Shown here: positions 48,791 through 58,830 of the stretch, in pieces | Position numbering within the stretch: the stretch's first letter is position 1 | How the letters are laid out: each line of letters starts with the position of its first letter | Source of the DNA: a bacterium | GTDB taxonomy: Bacteria > SAR324 > XYD2-FULL-50-16 > G965216635 | DNA length: 64,000 nucleotides | Direction: 5' to 3' | Assembly (NCBI GenBank): GCA_965216635.1 | Contig: OZ244188.1 | Span: 480,001-544,000 of the forward strand | Translations under genes and position numbers: made by a program | Notes under the pieces: generated by a model | What the model was told of the DNA's origin: nothing | Databases searched by the model: none | The model's input: only the letters and a program-made list of their open reading frames with translations

Positions 48791-50623
48791 TATCGCCCAT
48801 AGTTGTTCACAAATCCTTTTTACAAGTTCTTTTCTTTCTTCAATGTCTTGTTTTTTAAAATTAGAGTGTTCTTTAAATTTCAAGCCTTGTATTTTTTGAG
48901 ATTTTAAGAAGTTAGGGTTATTTTCATAAAATTTCGGATGTAAAGTTTGTGCATAAGTATTTTCCCTCAAATAGTGTTCTAATTTTTTTTTATATTTCTT
49001 TTTGCCATAAGATTGGTTGCTTCTATTCGGTAAAAGTATCAAAGCTCCAATGGAGTTTCGCCATCTTTTAAAATCTGTGTCTTGTTCAAATTCTTCTCTA
49101 TATTCTTCAAAGTTATCGTTCCAAAGATGCTCAATTTCAAATGGTCTCCCCTCATCAGGATGGTGATAATCACTATATTTAGAGTTTTGTCCTATAAGCC
49201 CATCTATATATCCTGATATTCTTGAGAGTAGGTGTTTAACAAATTTTTTATTTTGACCATGCAATCTAAAATCTAAAATTCCTTTCCACTCTTGACTAAT
49301 ATTATTAATCTCTACAATCAAATTCTTTTTTAATGCATCTAAATTGTTATTGCGGATCAATTTAATTTTTTCAAATATTGTATGTCTAATAGATGAAGAT
49401 GCAAAACTGTTATAGTTAACAGCTCTTCGCACAGTAAATGTTTCTATATACCTTGCTGTAAAATCAAGTTTCTTTTTGATTATATCGTCCTCATCTTCAT
49501 AACTCACAGATGAAAGTAATAATGAATTTTGCAATGCTGGAGCTATCCCCCAATATTGAATATAACAAAGGTGGGGAATTGTAGTATCAAAACTTGTTTT
49601 TTTAATTTTTAGATACCATTTTACATAAAAAGGAAATTGATTTTTAAAAAATTGATAAAAATTTTCTGTTGTTTCTAGGTTGAATAGTGTTTTTTCATTA
49701 TCTCTAAACCAACTATGAAATCGAGAACCTATTAATTCAAAATCTTTATCTTGAGATCCTTTTTCTCTTGGCCTTATAGTTTCTGCATATTTGCTTCTAA
49801 ACCAAGCCTGAAAAAAAGATATATCAGCATTTTTTTCATCTATTTGATTATTTAATTCTTGTATTTGTAATTTCCATATTTTTTCAATTTCTGTTTGTTG
49901 TTCTAGATTAGTTATTTTTGATAAAACATAGCCTTTGAGCATTTCTGTAGAGGTAAGGTTTAAACCTCTATCATTCATTGTTTCAAAAATCGTGTAAGCA
50001 TTTTCATTAGAACAAGCAATAATTTCTACAACAATTATTTTTTCTTTAAGCCAGTCTATAAAATAAGACAAGGCTTGTTTATCTATTGCTTCTGGGAAAG
50101 ATTCACGAATTTCGTTGTACCTTTCTACCATATTGCGTACCGTTTTATTTTCATTTTCTTGAGGTTCATATTTACCATTTTCAAACAATGCCTTTAAACA
50201 AGGTTCTCTTATTATATCACTTATATTAAAGGATTGTTCACCATATTGTTCTGAGTAGATTAAATTACTTATTGCGTTTCTTATGCTGTGATTTGGTTCA
50301 TCTTCAGGTAGAGAATGGAATAGGTATATTAAAAATAAAGTAATAGATGTTATGCGCTGTTGACCGTCAATTATAGATTTTTTACCATTATTTGGGTTAA
50401 CGCTAAATACCATCGGACCTAAATAGTAGCTTTGATAATTGGCTACTTCAGTTCGTTTATGGTTTGGTTCATAAGATTTTAAAAAAGTATTTGTTAAGTC
50501 CTCAATAAGAGATTTAATATGTTGTTGTTTCCAACGATATTCTCTTTGAAAATAATCAATATAAAATTTTTGTCCACCTAATATTTCTGAGATATTTCTA
50601 TCATTTGCATCAATGCTACTCAT
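48773..50623 (-). CDS. DUF262 + DUF1524 protein (GmrSD-like type IV restriction/defence nuclease)
   Basis: FQREYRW, IIDGQQR, FETMNDRG..L and C-terminal IEH...IGAL.LL...N. Confidence 0.88.
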   Translation of the reverse strand: MSSIDANDRNISEILGGQKFYIDYFQREYRWKQQHIKSLIEDLTNTFLKSYEPNHKRTEVANYQSYYLGPMVFSVNPNNGKKSIIDGQQRITSITLFLIYLFHSLPEDEPNHSIRNAISNLIYSEQYGEQSFNISDIIREPCLKALFENGKYEPQENENKTVRNMVERYNEIRESFPEAIDKQALSYFIDWLKEKIIVVEIIACSNENAYTIFETMNDRGLNLTSTEMLKGYVLSKITNLEQQTEIEKIWKLQIQELNNQIDEKNADISFFQAWFRSKYAETIRPREKGSQDKDFELIGSRFHSWFRDNEKTLFNLETTENFYQFFKNQFPFYVKWYLKIKKTSFDTTIPHLCYIQYWGIAPALQNSLLLSSVSYEDEDDIIKKKLDFTARYIETFTVRRAVNYNSFASSSIRHTIFEKIKLIRNNNLDALKKNLIVEINNISQEWKGILDFRLHGQNKKFVKHLLSRISGYIDGLIGQNSKYSDYHHPDEGRPFEIEHLWNDNFEEYREEFEQDTDFKRWRNSIGALILLPNRSNQSYGKKKYKKKLEHYLRENTYAQTLHPKFYENNPNFLKSQKIQGLKFKEHSNFKKQDIEERKELVKRICEQLWAIEYFES

Positions 50624-50640
50624 AATATTTTTTTAGTTAA

Positions 50641-51030
50641 TTAATGCACAGAATCGCCTAGTGCGATAAGAGTGCCTTCTATGGCTCTAATATAGGAAAC
50701 AGTCTGTCCCCAAGGTTTTTTTTGTGGAGGGCTAACAGCAACAGCTCCTTCGTCCAAAGCTTTGTTGTAAGCAGATTCTACATTTTCTACGATAAAGCCC
50801 AATTCAAAACCCAAAGGATTTTCCCTAATATCACTTTTTGTGTATTTTCCGTCTAAATTCATTTTGCCTAGTTTGTGATTGGCAAAAGCAAGAACACAAT
50901 CTCCAGTCTGTAATTCTCCGTAGTCTTTTCCGTCGTGTAAAAATTTCAATTCAAAACCAAAGGCTTTTTGATAAAAATCTAAAACTTTTTCAACATCTGT
51001 GACATAGATTATGGTGTATTGGTACTTCAT
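50641..51030 (-). CDS. VOC/glyoxalase family protein
   Basis: IYV.DV....FY..AFG and P..KPWGQ.V.Y. Confidence 0.9.
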   Translation of the reverse strand: MKYQYTIIYVTDVEKVLDFYQKAFGFELKFLHDGKDYGELQTGDCVLAFANHKLGKMNLDGKYTKSDIRENPLGFELGFIVENVESAYNKALDEGAVAVSPPQKKPWGQTVSYIRAIEGTLIALGDSVH

Positions 51031-51071
51031 CTTTAAAGGATTTAATTGTAATATTTTTTAATTTTAATAAT

Positions 51072-51161
<90 letters not shown>

Positions 51162-51185
51162 TATAATTCAATAGTTTTGTTTGTG

Positions 51186-51269
51186 CGGAGGGGGAGGGAT
51201 TCGAACCCCCGAAGCTTTTGGCTTAACGGTTTTCAAGACCGCCGGTTTCAACCACTCACCCACCCCTCC
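51186..51269 (-). tRNA. tRNA-Ser (anticodon TGA)
   Basis: GGAGGGG acceptor, GCGGT-CTTGAAA-ACCGT anticodon arm, variable arm, GTTCGAATC. Confidence 0.96.
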
Positions 51270-51297
51270 GATAATTTTAAGAAATCTTGATGCAATA

Positions 51298-51481
51298 TGA
51301 GACCTTTGAATTAGCGTTATGCTTAACCAAAGCAATCGTTAAAAAAAAAATCAACTCTTGCCATTTGTGAAGAAATGCTCTCCAGTATTCCTGCAAGCTA
51401 AATTTTTTTTTTGCACTTTTCTAACCATTTGGCTAGCCGTCACAGCTAGTTTTATTCTATTTGGCAAATTCAAAGGTCTCA
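51298..51481 (+). mobile_element. Palindromic element between serS and the tRNA-Ser genes
   Basis: TGAGACCTTTGAATT...AATTCAAAGGTCTCA (15-bp perfect inverted repeat). Confidence 0.9.
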
Positions 51482-51522
51482 ATGTTTCTTGCAAAATTCT
51501 TTCTAAAGAAAAGAATAAAGTT

Positions 51523-53254
<1,732 letters not shown>

Positions 53255-53341
53255 TTTACTAATTTTAGGTTATTTTTAAGTTAGATTAACATAAAAAATG
53301 AATAAAAACAAATTTAAAAGGTAATTTAAAAAAAAAACGTA

Positions 53342-53370
53342 TTGACAATTTTTTTTTAAGCAATTATTAT
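53342..53370 (+). promoter_or_regulatory. Sigma70 promoter for ffs/rpsB
   Basis: TTGACA, 17-bp spacer, TATTAT; 7 bp before the RNA. Confidence 0.75.
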
Positions 53371-53377
53371 ATTTTTT

Positions 53378-53454
53378 GCCAGAGCAACTGGACAGTATGA
53401 ACCGTGTCAGATCCGAGAGGAAGCAGCTCTAAGTTCTGAAAGGTGTGTTCTGGC
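53378..53454 (+). ncRNA. ffs: Signal recognition particle RNA (small bacterial SRP)
   Basis: Helix-8 signature TCAGATCC-GAGA-GGAAGCAGC; 5'/3' pairing GCCAGAGCA / TGTTCTGGC. Confidence 0.85.
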
Positions 53455-53532
53455 TCCTTAATTCAAAATTTCAAGAGAGTTTTCAGATTCAAAAATCTCT
53501 CAATAATCGTAAACTAAAATACCCGAAATCAT

Positions 53533-54963
53533 ATGAGCGTTATAGATTTAAAATTCTTAAAAGAAGCAGGAATGCACTATGGACATCTATCTCACAAAAG
53601 ACATCCTAAAGCCGAATCCTATATTCTAGGAAAACAAGGCAATATTCACATTATTAACCTTAAAAAAACCTTACAAAAACTTGAAGACTCTTACAAGTTT
53701 GTCTATAACCTTGCTAAAGATGGGAAAAAAATTCTTTATGTTTGCACAAAACCATATGCTAGAAAAATTATAGAAAGAGAAGCCAAAAGAAGTAGGAATC
53801 ATTATGTAAATTTTCGCTGGTTGGGAGGCACTTTGACAAATTCTGTCACTATAAAGCGATCTGTAAAAAAATTAGAAGAAATTGATAGATTAGCAAAAGA
53901 TGGTTATGCAAATATGCTCAAAAAAGAAATATCTAAGAAGGAAAAAGAGAGAAAAAAACTGGACGCCTTACTTGGTGGAATTAGATATATGTTTCGCGAC
54001 CCCGCAGCTGTATTTATTATAGATATTCATAGAGAAAAAATTGCCCTCAACGAAGTAAAGAAAAAAAAAATACCTATTATTGCTTTAGTAGATACAAATG
54101 TCAATCCAGAATTAGTGGAATTTCCTGTCCCAGGCAACGATGATTCTCCCAAAACAATAGATTTGTTTTGTCAAGTTATTAGTGCTGCAGCAATTGAAGG
54201 GAAGGCTGTTTTTGAAAAATTTAGAGAAGAACAAAAGCAAGAATCTGCTAAAATTGCTGCTAGAATTAGCGCAAAAAAGATGGAGGTTAGAAGCAATGCT
54301 AGAGTTGATGTGAAAAAAGTGGATGTTAGAACTGCTGCTAGAATTAGCGCAAAAAAGATGGATGTTAGAAGTGATGCTAGAGTTGATGTAAAAAAAGTGG
54401 ATGTTAAGAGTGATACTAGAGTTGATGTGAAAAAAGTGGATGCTAGAAGCAATGCTAAAGTTGATGAAAAAAAAGTGGATGTTAGAAGCAATGCTAAAGT
54501 TGATGAAAAAAAAGTGGATGTTAGAAGTGATGCTAAAGTTGATGAAAAAAAAGTGGATGTTAGAAGCAATGCTAAAGTTGATGAAAAAAAAGTAGATGCT
54601 AGAAGCAATGCTAGAGTTGATGAAAAAAAAGTGGATGCTAGAAGCAATGCTAAAGTTGATGAAAAAAAAGTGGATGTTAGAAGTGATGCTAGAGTTGATG
54701 AAAAAAAGGTGGATGCTAGAAGCAATGCTAAAGTTGATGAAAAAAAAGTGGATGCTAGAAGCAATGCTAGAGTTGATGAAAAAAAAGTGGATGTTAGAAG
54801 TGATGCTAGAGTTGATGAAAAAAAAGTGGATGTTAGAAGTGATGCTAGAGTTGATGAAAAAAAAGTGGATGTTAAAAGTGATAAAACGACAACTAAAATT
54901 GATGTGAAAAAGGTGTCTATAAAAATTGATAAAAAAGAAACAACCTCAAAAACAGCAAATTAA
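53533..54963 (+). CDS. rpsB: 30S ribosomal protein S2 with long repetitive C-terminal tail
   Basis: AG.HYGH, RWLGGTLTN, VDTN, PGNDD; followed by tsf. Confidence 0.97.
   Translation: MSVIDLKFLKEAGMHYGHLSHKRHPKAESYILGKQGNIHIINLKKTLQKLEDSYKFVYNLAKDGKKILYVCTKPYARKIIEREAKRSRNHYVNFRWLGGTLTNSVTIKRSVKKLEEIDRLAKDGYANMLKKEISKKEKERKKLDALLGGIRYMFRDPAAVFIIDIHREKIALNEVKKKKIPIIALVDTNVNPELVEFPVPGNDDSPKTIDLFCQVISAAAIEGKAVFEKFREEQKQESAKIAARISAKKMEVRSNARVDVKKVDVRTAARISAKKMDVRSDARVDVKKVDVKSDTRVDVKKVDARSNAKVDEKKVDVRSNAKVDEKKVDVRSDAKVDEKKVDVRSNAKVDEKKVDARSNARVDEKKVDARSNAKVDEKKVDVRSDARVDEKKVDARSNAKVDEKKVDARSNARVDEKKVDVRSDARVDEKKVDVRSDARVDEKKVDVKSDKTTTKIDVKKVSIKIDKKETTSKTAN
54244..54867 (+). repeat. In-frame 39-bp tandem repeat x16 (D[V/A]RS[N/D]A[K/R]VDEKKV)
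   Basis: Counted from the translation and the DNA. Confidence 0.95.
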
Positions 54964-54968
54964 TAATT

Positions 54969-55808
54969 ATGATAAATTCCAGTTTAGTAAAAGAACTACG
55001 CCATATGACTTCTGCTCCATTGATGGAGTGTAAAAAAGCATTAGAAGAAACGGGTGGCAATTTAGAAGAAGCCAAGAACTTTTTAAGAAAAAAAGGAAAG
55101 ATTTTAGCGAGCAAAAAATCTTCTCGTGAAGCCAACGAAGGAGTTATTGCTATTCATTTTGATGAATCTAAAAAAAAAGCGGGAATAGTGAAGTTGTCCT
55201 GTGAAACAGATTTTGTAGCCCGCAACGATCAATTCCAAGGAGCTACAGAAAAACTAGCAATACTTGCTAGTGAAGGAGTAGATTCTTTTGAAGAAAAACA
55301 GCTAGCTGGAACAAGTGTAAAAGATTATATTACCGAATTAATTACAGAAATAAGAGAAAATATAATTTTGAGTGAAGTTATTCACTGGCACTGGTCTGAA
55401 TCCGCAGTAGTTAATTTTTATGTTCACCACAATAAAAAAATTGGAGTTCTAATAGAACTGAATGTGGAAAAATCAGATGCTGATGGTTTAATGGAAGTAG
55501 CCAAAGATATTTGTCTACACATAGCTGCTAATAAAGTGGAGTTTATTTCGGGAGAAGAAGTATCTACAGAAATTTTAGAAAAAGAAAAGGTTTTTTTAAT
55601 GGAACAAGCAAAAGAATCTGGAAAACCTCCAGAAATTGCGGAAAAGATGATTGCTGGGAGGTTGCAAAAATTCAAAAAAGAAATTTGTTTATTAGAGCAA
55701 CCTTTCTTAAAAAATCCAGATATATCTGTTGCTAAACTACTAGAAGAAAAAACAAACCAATTAGGACAAAAAATAGCTGTGAAAAGATTTTGTAAACTAA
55801 CTTTCTAA
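54969..55808 (+). CDS. tsf: Elongation factor Ts
   Basis: VKELR..T.A.LMECKKAL, CETDFVARN, GKP.EI.EKMI.G. Confidence 0.98.
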   Translation: MINSSLVKELRHMTSAPLMECKKALEETGGNLEEAKNFLRKKGKILASKKSSREANEGVIAIHFDESKKKAGIVKLSCETDFVARNDQFQGATEKLAILASEGVDSFEEKQLAGTSVKDYITELITEIRENIILSEVIHWHWSESAVVNFYVHHNKKIGVLIELNVEKSDADGLMEVAKDICLHIAANKVEFISGEEVSTEILEKEKVFLMEQAKESGKPPEIAEKMIAGRLQKFKKEICLLEQPFLKNPDISVAKLLEEKTNQLGQKIAVKRFCKLTF

Positions 55809-56560
55809 TGGCTCGTATAGTTTTAAAAATTAGTGGAGAATATTTAGGAGGAAAAAAAGGCTTTGGTTTTGACGAACAAATAATAGATACTCTCACAGAT
55901 CAAATTTTAAAAGTTCATAATAAAAATATTGAAATAGTTATTATTATAGGCGGAGGAAATTTTTTTAGAGGCAAGCAAAAACGGATCCTCATTGATAGAG
56001 TAACAGCTGATAATATTGGAATGATGGCAACCGTTATGAATGGTCTTTTTTTGCAATCTACACTAGAAAAAAAAGGGAAAAAAACCCGCCTATTGTCTTC
56101 TATTGAAACCAAACAAGTAGCCGAACCTTATGTTCAAAGAAGAGCTATCCGTCATTTAGAAAAAAATAGAATTGTGATTCTTTGTGCAGGTTTAGGGGCA
56201 CCTTATTTTTCTACAGATACGGCTTCTGTTGTTAGAGCCAAGGAACTCAATGCAGATATAGTCATCAAAGGCACTAAAGTAGATGGAGTTTATGACAAAG
56301 ATCCCGTCAAAGATGAGACTGCTAAAAAATTTCATTCCCTTACTTACAGCGAAGTATTAGCTAAAAATCTTGGAATTATGGATTCTACTTCCATCACTTT
56401 TTCTCAAGAAAATCAGATTCCACTTTATGTTTTAAATATTACTAATTCCAATAGTCTTGTAGATTTCTTTGAAGGAAAAGACCTCGGCACCTCTATTAAT
56501 CAAGATCAATCCAAAGAGCAATTTGAAAATTTTCTTAAAAAAATAAATTCAACCAATTAA
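55808..56560 (+). CDS. pyrH: Uridylate kinase
   Basis: LKISGE, GGGNFFRG, PYFSTDT, VDGVYDKDP. Confidence 0.97.
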   Translation: MARIVLKISGEYLGGKKGFGFDEQIIDTLTDQILKVHNKNIEIVIIIGGGNFFRGKQKRILIDRVTADNIGMMATVMNGLFLQSTLEKKGKKTRLLSSIETKQVAEPYVQRRAIRHLEKNRIVILCAGLGAPYFSTDTASVVRAKELNADIVIKGTKVDGVYDKDPVKDETAKKFHSLTYSEVLAKNLGIMDSTSITFSQENQIPLYVLNITNSNSLVDFFEGKDLGTSINQDQSKEQFENFLKKINSTN

Positions 56561-56572
56561 CCAATTAATGAT

Positions 56573-56983
56573 ATGAAACAACAAACCCTATCCATCATCA
56601 AACCTGATGGAGTGAAAAAAAATATTACAGGAGAAATCCTCAAAAGATTTGAAACTCAAGGACTCAAAATCAAGGCTCTTAAAATGATGCAATTAAGCAA
56701 AGAAGAAGCAGAAGGCTTTTATTCAATTCATAAAGATAGACCTTTTTTTGACGAACTAACTACTTTTATGTCTAGTGGACCTATAGTAATTAGTGTTTTG
56801 GAAGGAGAAGACGCCATTGCCCAAAACAGAGAAATTATGGGAGCTACTAACCCCGCAGATGCAGCCGCTGGAACTATTCGTAAAGATTTCTCCGAAAGCG
56901 TCGGAGAAAATACAGTGCACGGCTCTGATGCACCCGATACCGCTAAAACCGAAATCACTTACTTTTTTCCTGAGCTAGATTAG
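56573..56983 (+). CDS. ndk: Nucleoside diphosphate kinase
   Basis: IIKPDG, GATNP, NTVHGSD. Confidence 0.98.
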   Translation: MKQQTLSIIKPDGVKKNITGEILKRFETQGLKIKALKMMQLSKEEAEGFYSIHKDRPFFDELTTFMSSGPIVISVLEGEDAIAQNREIMGATNPADAAAGTIRKDFSESVGENTVHGSDAPDTAKTEITYFFPELD

Positions 56984-57021
56984 TTTTTTTGAAAAACAGT
57001 AAATGTAAATAATTCAGCTTT

Positions 57022-57735
57022 ATGAGTATTCGTAGTATAATTTTTCGTATTATATTTGTTATATTCTCTGCGGTTATTTTTTTAAAAATAGGCTGTTTTG
57101 TGTGGAACTATATACCTAATTGTTTGAACCAATGTTCTAGTAATTTTGTAAAAGTAACTACTTTAATAATAGCCTTAGTATTAGTTTTCAATCTAATTAT
57201 TGCTTGGTTCTTTATTTTATTAAAGACTAAATTGTTCCAACTTCTTAAAAATATATTTAAGAAGGAGAGTCAAAAAACCCATGAATACGATGAAGACTAT
57301 GAGGAATATAGAATAGAATTATTAGAATATAGATCTAAAGTAAGAAAACAGTATGATCAAATAAATAATGAATATAATCGTCTAATAGTTTTTCTTTCTG
57401 GAGGAGCTATTGCTTTGTCAATAACTTTTTTAGCATTTTTTATTGGTAGTCAAGATAAATCGTTGCTTTATATTGATATATTTTTAGAATCTTGGGTGTT
57501 ATTAATTATTAGTCTATTTGCAACTTTACTAGGATTATTTTTTGGTTTGCGTGCTAGAGAAAAGGGAATCAAACAAATTGATACGGCAATTATTTATTAT
57601 GAAGACGAACATCTACGAGAATTTGGAGGCCTTTGGAGTTTAGTAGCCGACATTGTACACATTACTTCACTTTTGACTTGTATTACAGGTATTGCTATGC
57701 TATTGCTATTTACATATTTAAACGTTCCAACTTAA
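57022..57735 (+). CDS. Hypothetical multi-pass membrane protein
   Basis: About five hydrophobic segments; LSGGAIALSITF motif; very AT-rich. Confidence 0.7.
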   Translation: MSIRSIIFRIIFVIFSAVIFLKIGCFVWNYIPNCLNQCSSNFVKVTTLIIALVLVFNLIIAWFFILLKTKLFQLLKNIFKKESQKTHEYDEDYEEYRIELLEYRSKVRKQYDQINNEYNRLIVFLSGGAIALSITFLAFFIGSQDKSLLYIDIFLESWVLLIISLFATLLGLFFGLRAREKGIKQIDTAIIYYEDEHLREFGGLWSLVADIVHITSLLTCITGIAMLLLFTYLNVPT

Positions 57736-57739
57736 AAAA

Positions 57740-57904
57740 ATGTCAAAAAAAATATCAGATATTATTATTAAAAATTTTGGGGAAAGTATGAACCCACAAC
57801 CTTTAGTACCTCCTATTAGGAAACATAATTCTCCTGTGCGTTCTGCAAATACACAAAAACCTCGATCTAATAGACAAAGTTCTAATAGAAGACAAGGAAG
57901 ATAG
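57740..57904 (+). CDS. Putative 54-aa small protein (not in the ORF track)
   Basis: ATG 4 bp after the previous stop; MSKKISDIIIKNFGESMNPQPLVPPIRKHNSPVRSANTQKPRSNRQSSNRRQGR. Confidence 0.45.
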   Translation: MSKKISDIIIKNFGESMNPQPLVPPIRKHNSPVRSANTQKPRSNRQSSNRRQGR

Positions 57905-57929
57905 AGTTAAAAAATTCTACTGAGTTCTT

Positions 57930-58820
57930 TTAAAAAAATAGTTTTTCAGGGTAAATGCCTGCATCTATCAACCGTTGTAATTTTCGCACAACATCTTCCC
58001 TATCGGCGAGATAAGTCAAACCAAACCATTCTGTTTCTGTTTTTAAAATATTTACTTCTACCATTTTTTTTTCGCAAAATTCTTGTATTGTCTGAGGTAA
58101 GTAAAACTCTTGGGAATCGTCTAAATTTTCTAATCTTTGATAGTCTCCTAAAAAACTACAAAAACTAGATTCCAAAATCGGGAATATAAAAGGAGTGAAC
58201 CCCCAAAAATTCATAGAAACTATGCTTTTCGGATAAAATATTCTGATATGATTTTTAATTTCTCCCGATGGTTGTTGTTCTATTTGGTGATGTTCTTCTA
58301 TTTTAATAAGTTTTTCTGTTGCAGAAACACTAATCCCCCTAGATACAGTGCCTTGTTTGGACAGTGTTTTGTGGAGTTCAAAGCCTACCATGAAAAATTG
58401 ATTTTGCTTTTTGTTTTTTTTTAAGTTTTGATACATTGTATAAAAACTATCACGACCATAAAAATCATCACAGTTGATAATTGCAAAAGAAGTGTTTATT
58501 TTGTCTTTTAAAGAGTAGACACAGTGGGCAGTTCCCCAAGGTTTTTTTCTTTTTACAGCGAGAGAAATTTCGGCTGGAATATTTTCTAATTTTTGGAGAC
58601 ATAATTTCAAAAGTTGTTTTTTTATCAAAATTTGATATTTTTTAATGAAAGCAGTTTTTTGCTCTTTTCGGATAATTAGAATAATTTCTTTAAAACCGAC
58701 TTTCAAAGCGTCGTAAATAGAAAAATCCATTAGACTGTAGTCTTCAATCAAGCATTCTAGTTGTTTACTTTTTTGGTAGCGAGAAGACAGCCCTGCTGCC
58801 ATAATTACTAAAGGAATCAT
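57930..58820 (-). CDS. Sugar-phosphate nucleotidyltransferase family protein
   Basis: LVIMAAGLSSRY...KQ, KPWGTAH, INCDDFYG, SMNFWGF. Confidence 0.9.
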   Translation of the reverse strand: MIPLVIMAAGLSSRYQKSKQLECLIEDYSLMDFSIYDALKVGFKEIILIIRKEQKTAFIKKYQILIKKQLLKLCLQKLENIPAEISLAVKRKKPWGTAHCVYSLKDKINTSFAIINCDDFYGRDSFYTMYQNLKKNKKQNQFFMVGFELHKTLSKQGTVSRGISVSATEKLIKIEEHHQIEQQPSGEIKNHIRIFYPKSIVSMNFWGFTPFIFPILESSFCSFLGDYQRLENLDDSQEFYLPQTIQEFCEKKMVEVNILKTETEWFGLTYLADREDVVRKLQRLIDAGIYPEKLFF

Positions 58821-58830
58821 TTCAAAATTT

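Noticed and set aside
48483..50754. Diversity-generating retroelement TR/VR pair
   Set aside because: Only 4 mismatches, not at coding-strand adenines of a template, mostly synonymous; no reverse transcriptase in the window.
51186..51269. Selenocysteine or opal-suppressor tRNA
   Set aside because: The anticodon is TGA (reads UCA, Ser), not TCA; normal 7-bp acceptor stem.
54244..54867. CRISPR array
   Set aside because: The 39-bp units are contiguous with no unique spacers, lie in frame within rpsB, and no cas genes are present.
54171..54907. Antisense (54171-54764) and alternate-frame (54596-54907) repeat ORFs
   Set aside because: By-products of a stop-free 39-bp repeat inside rpsB.
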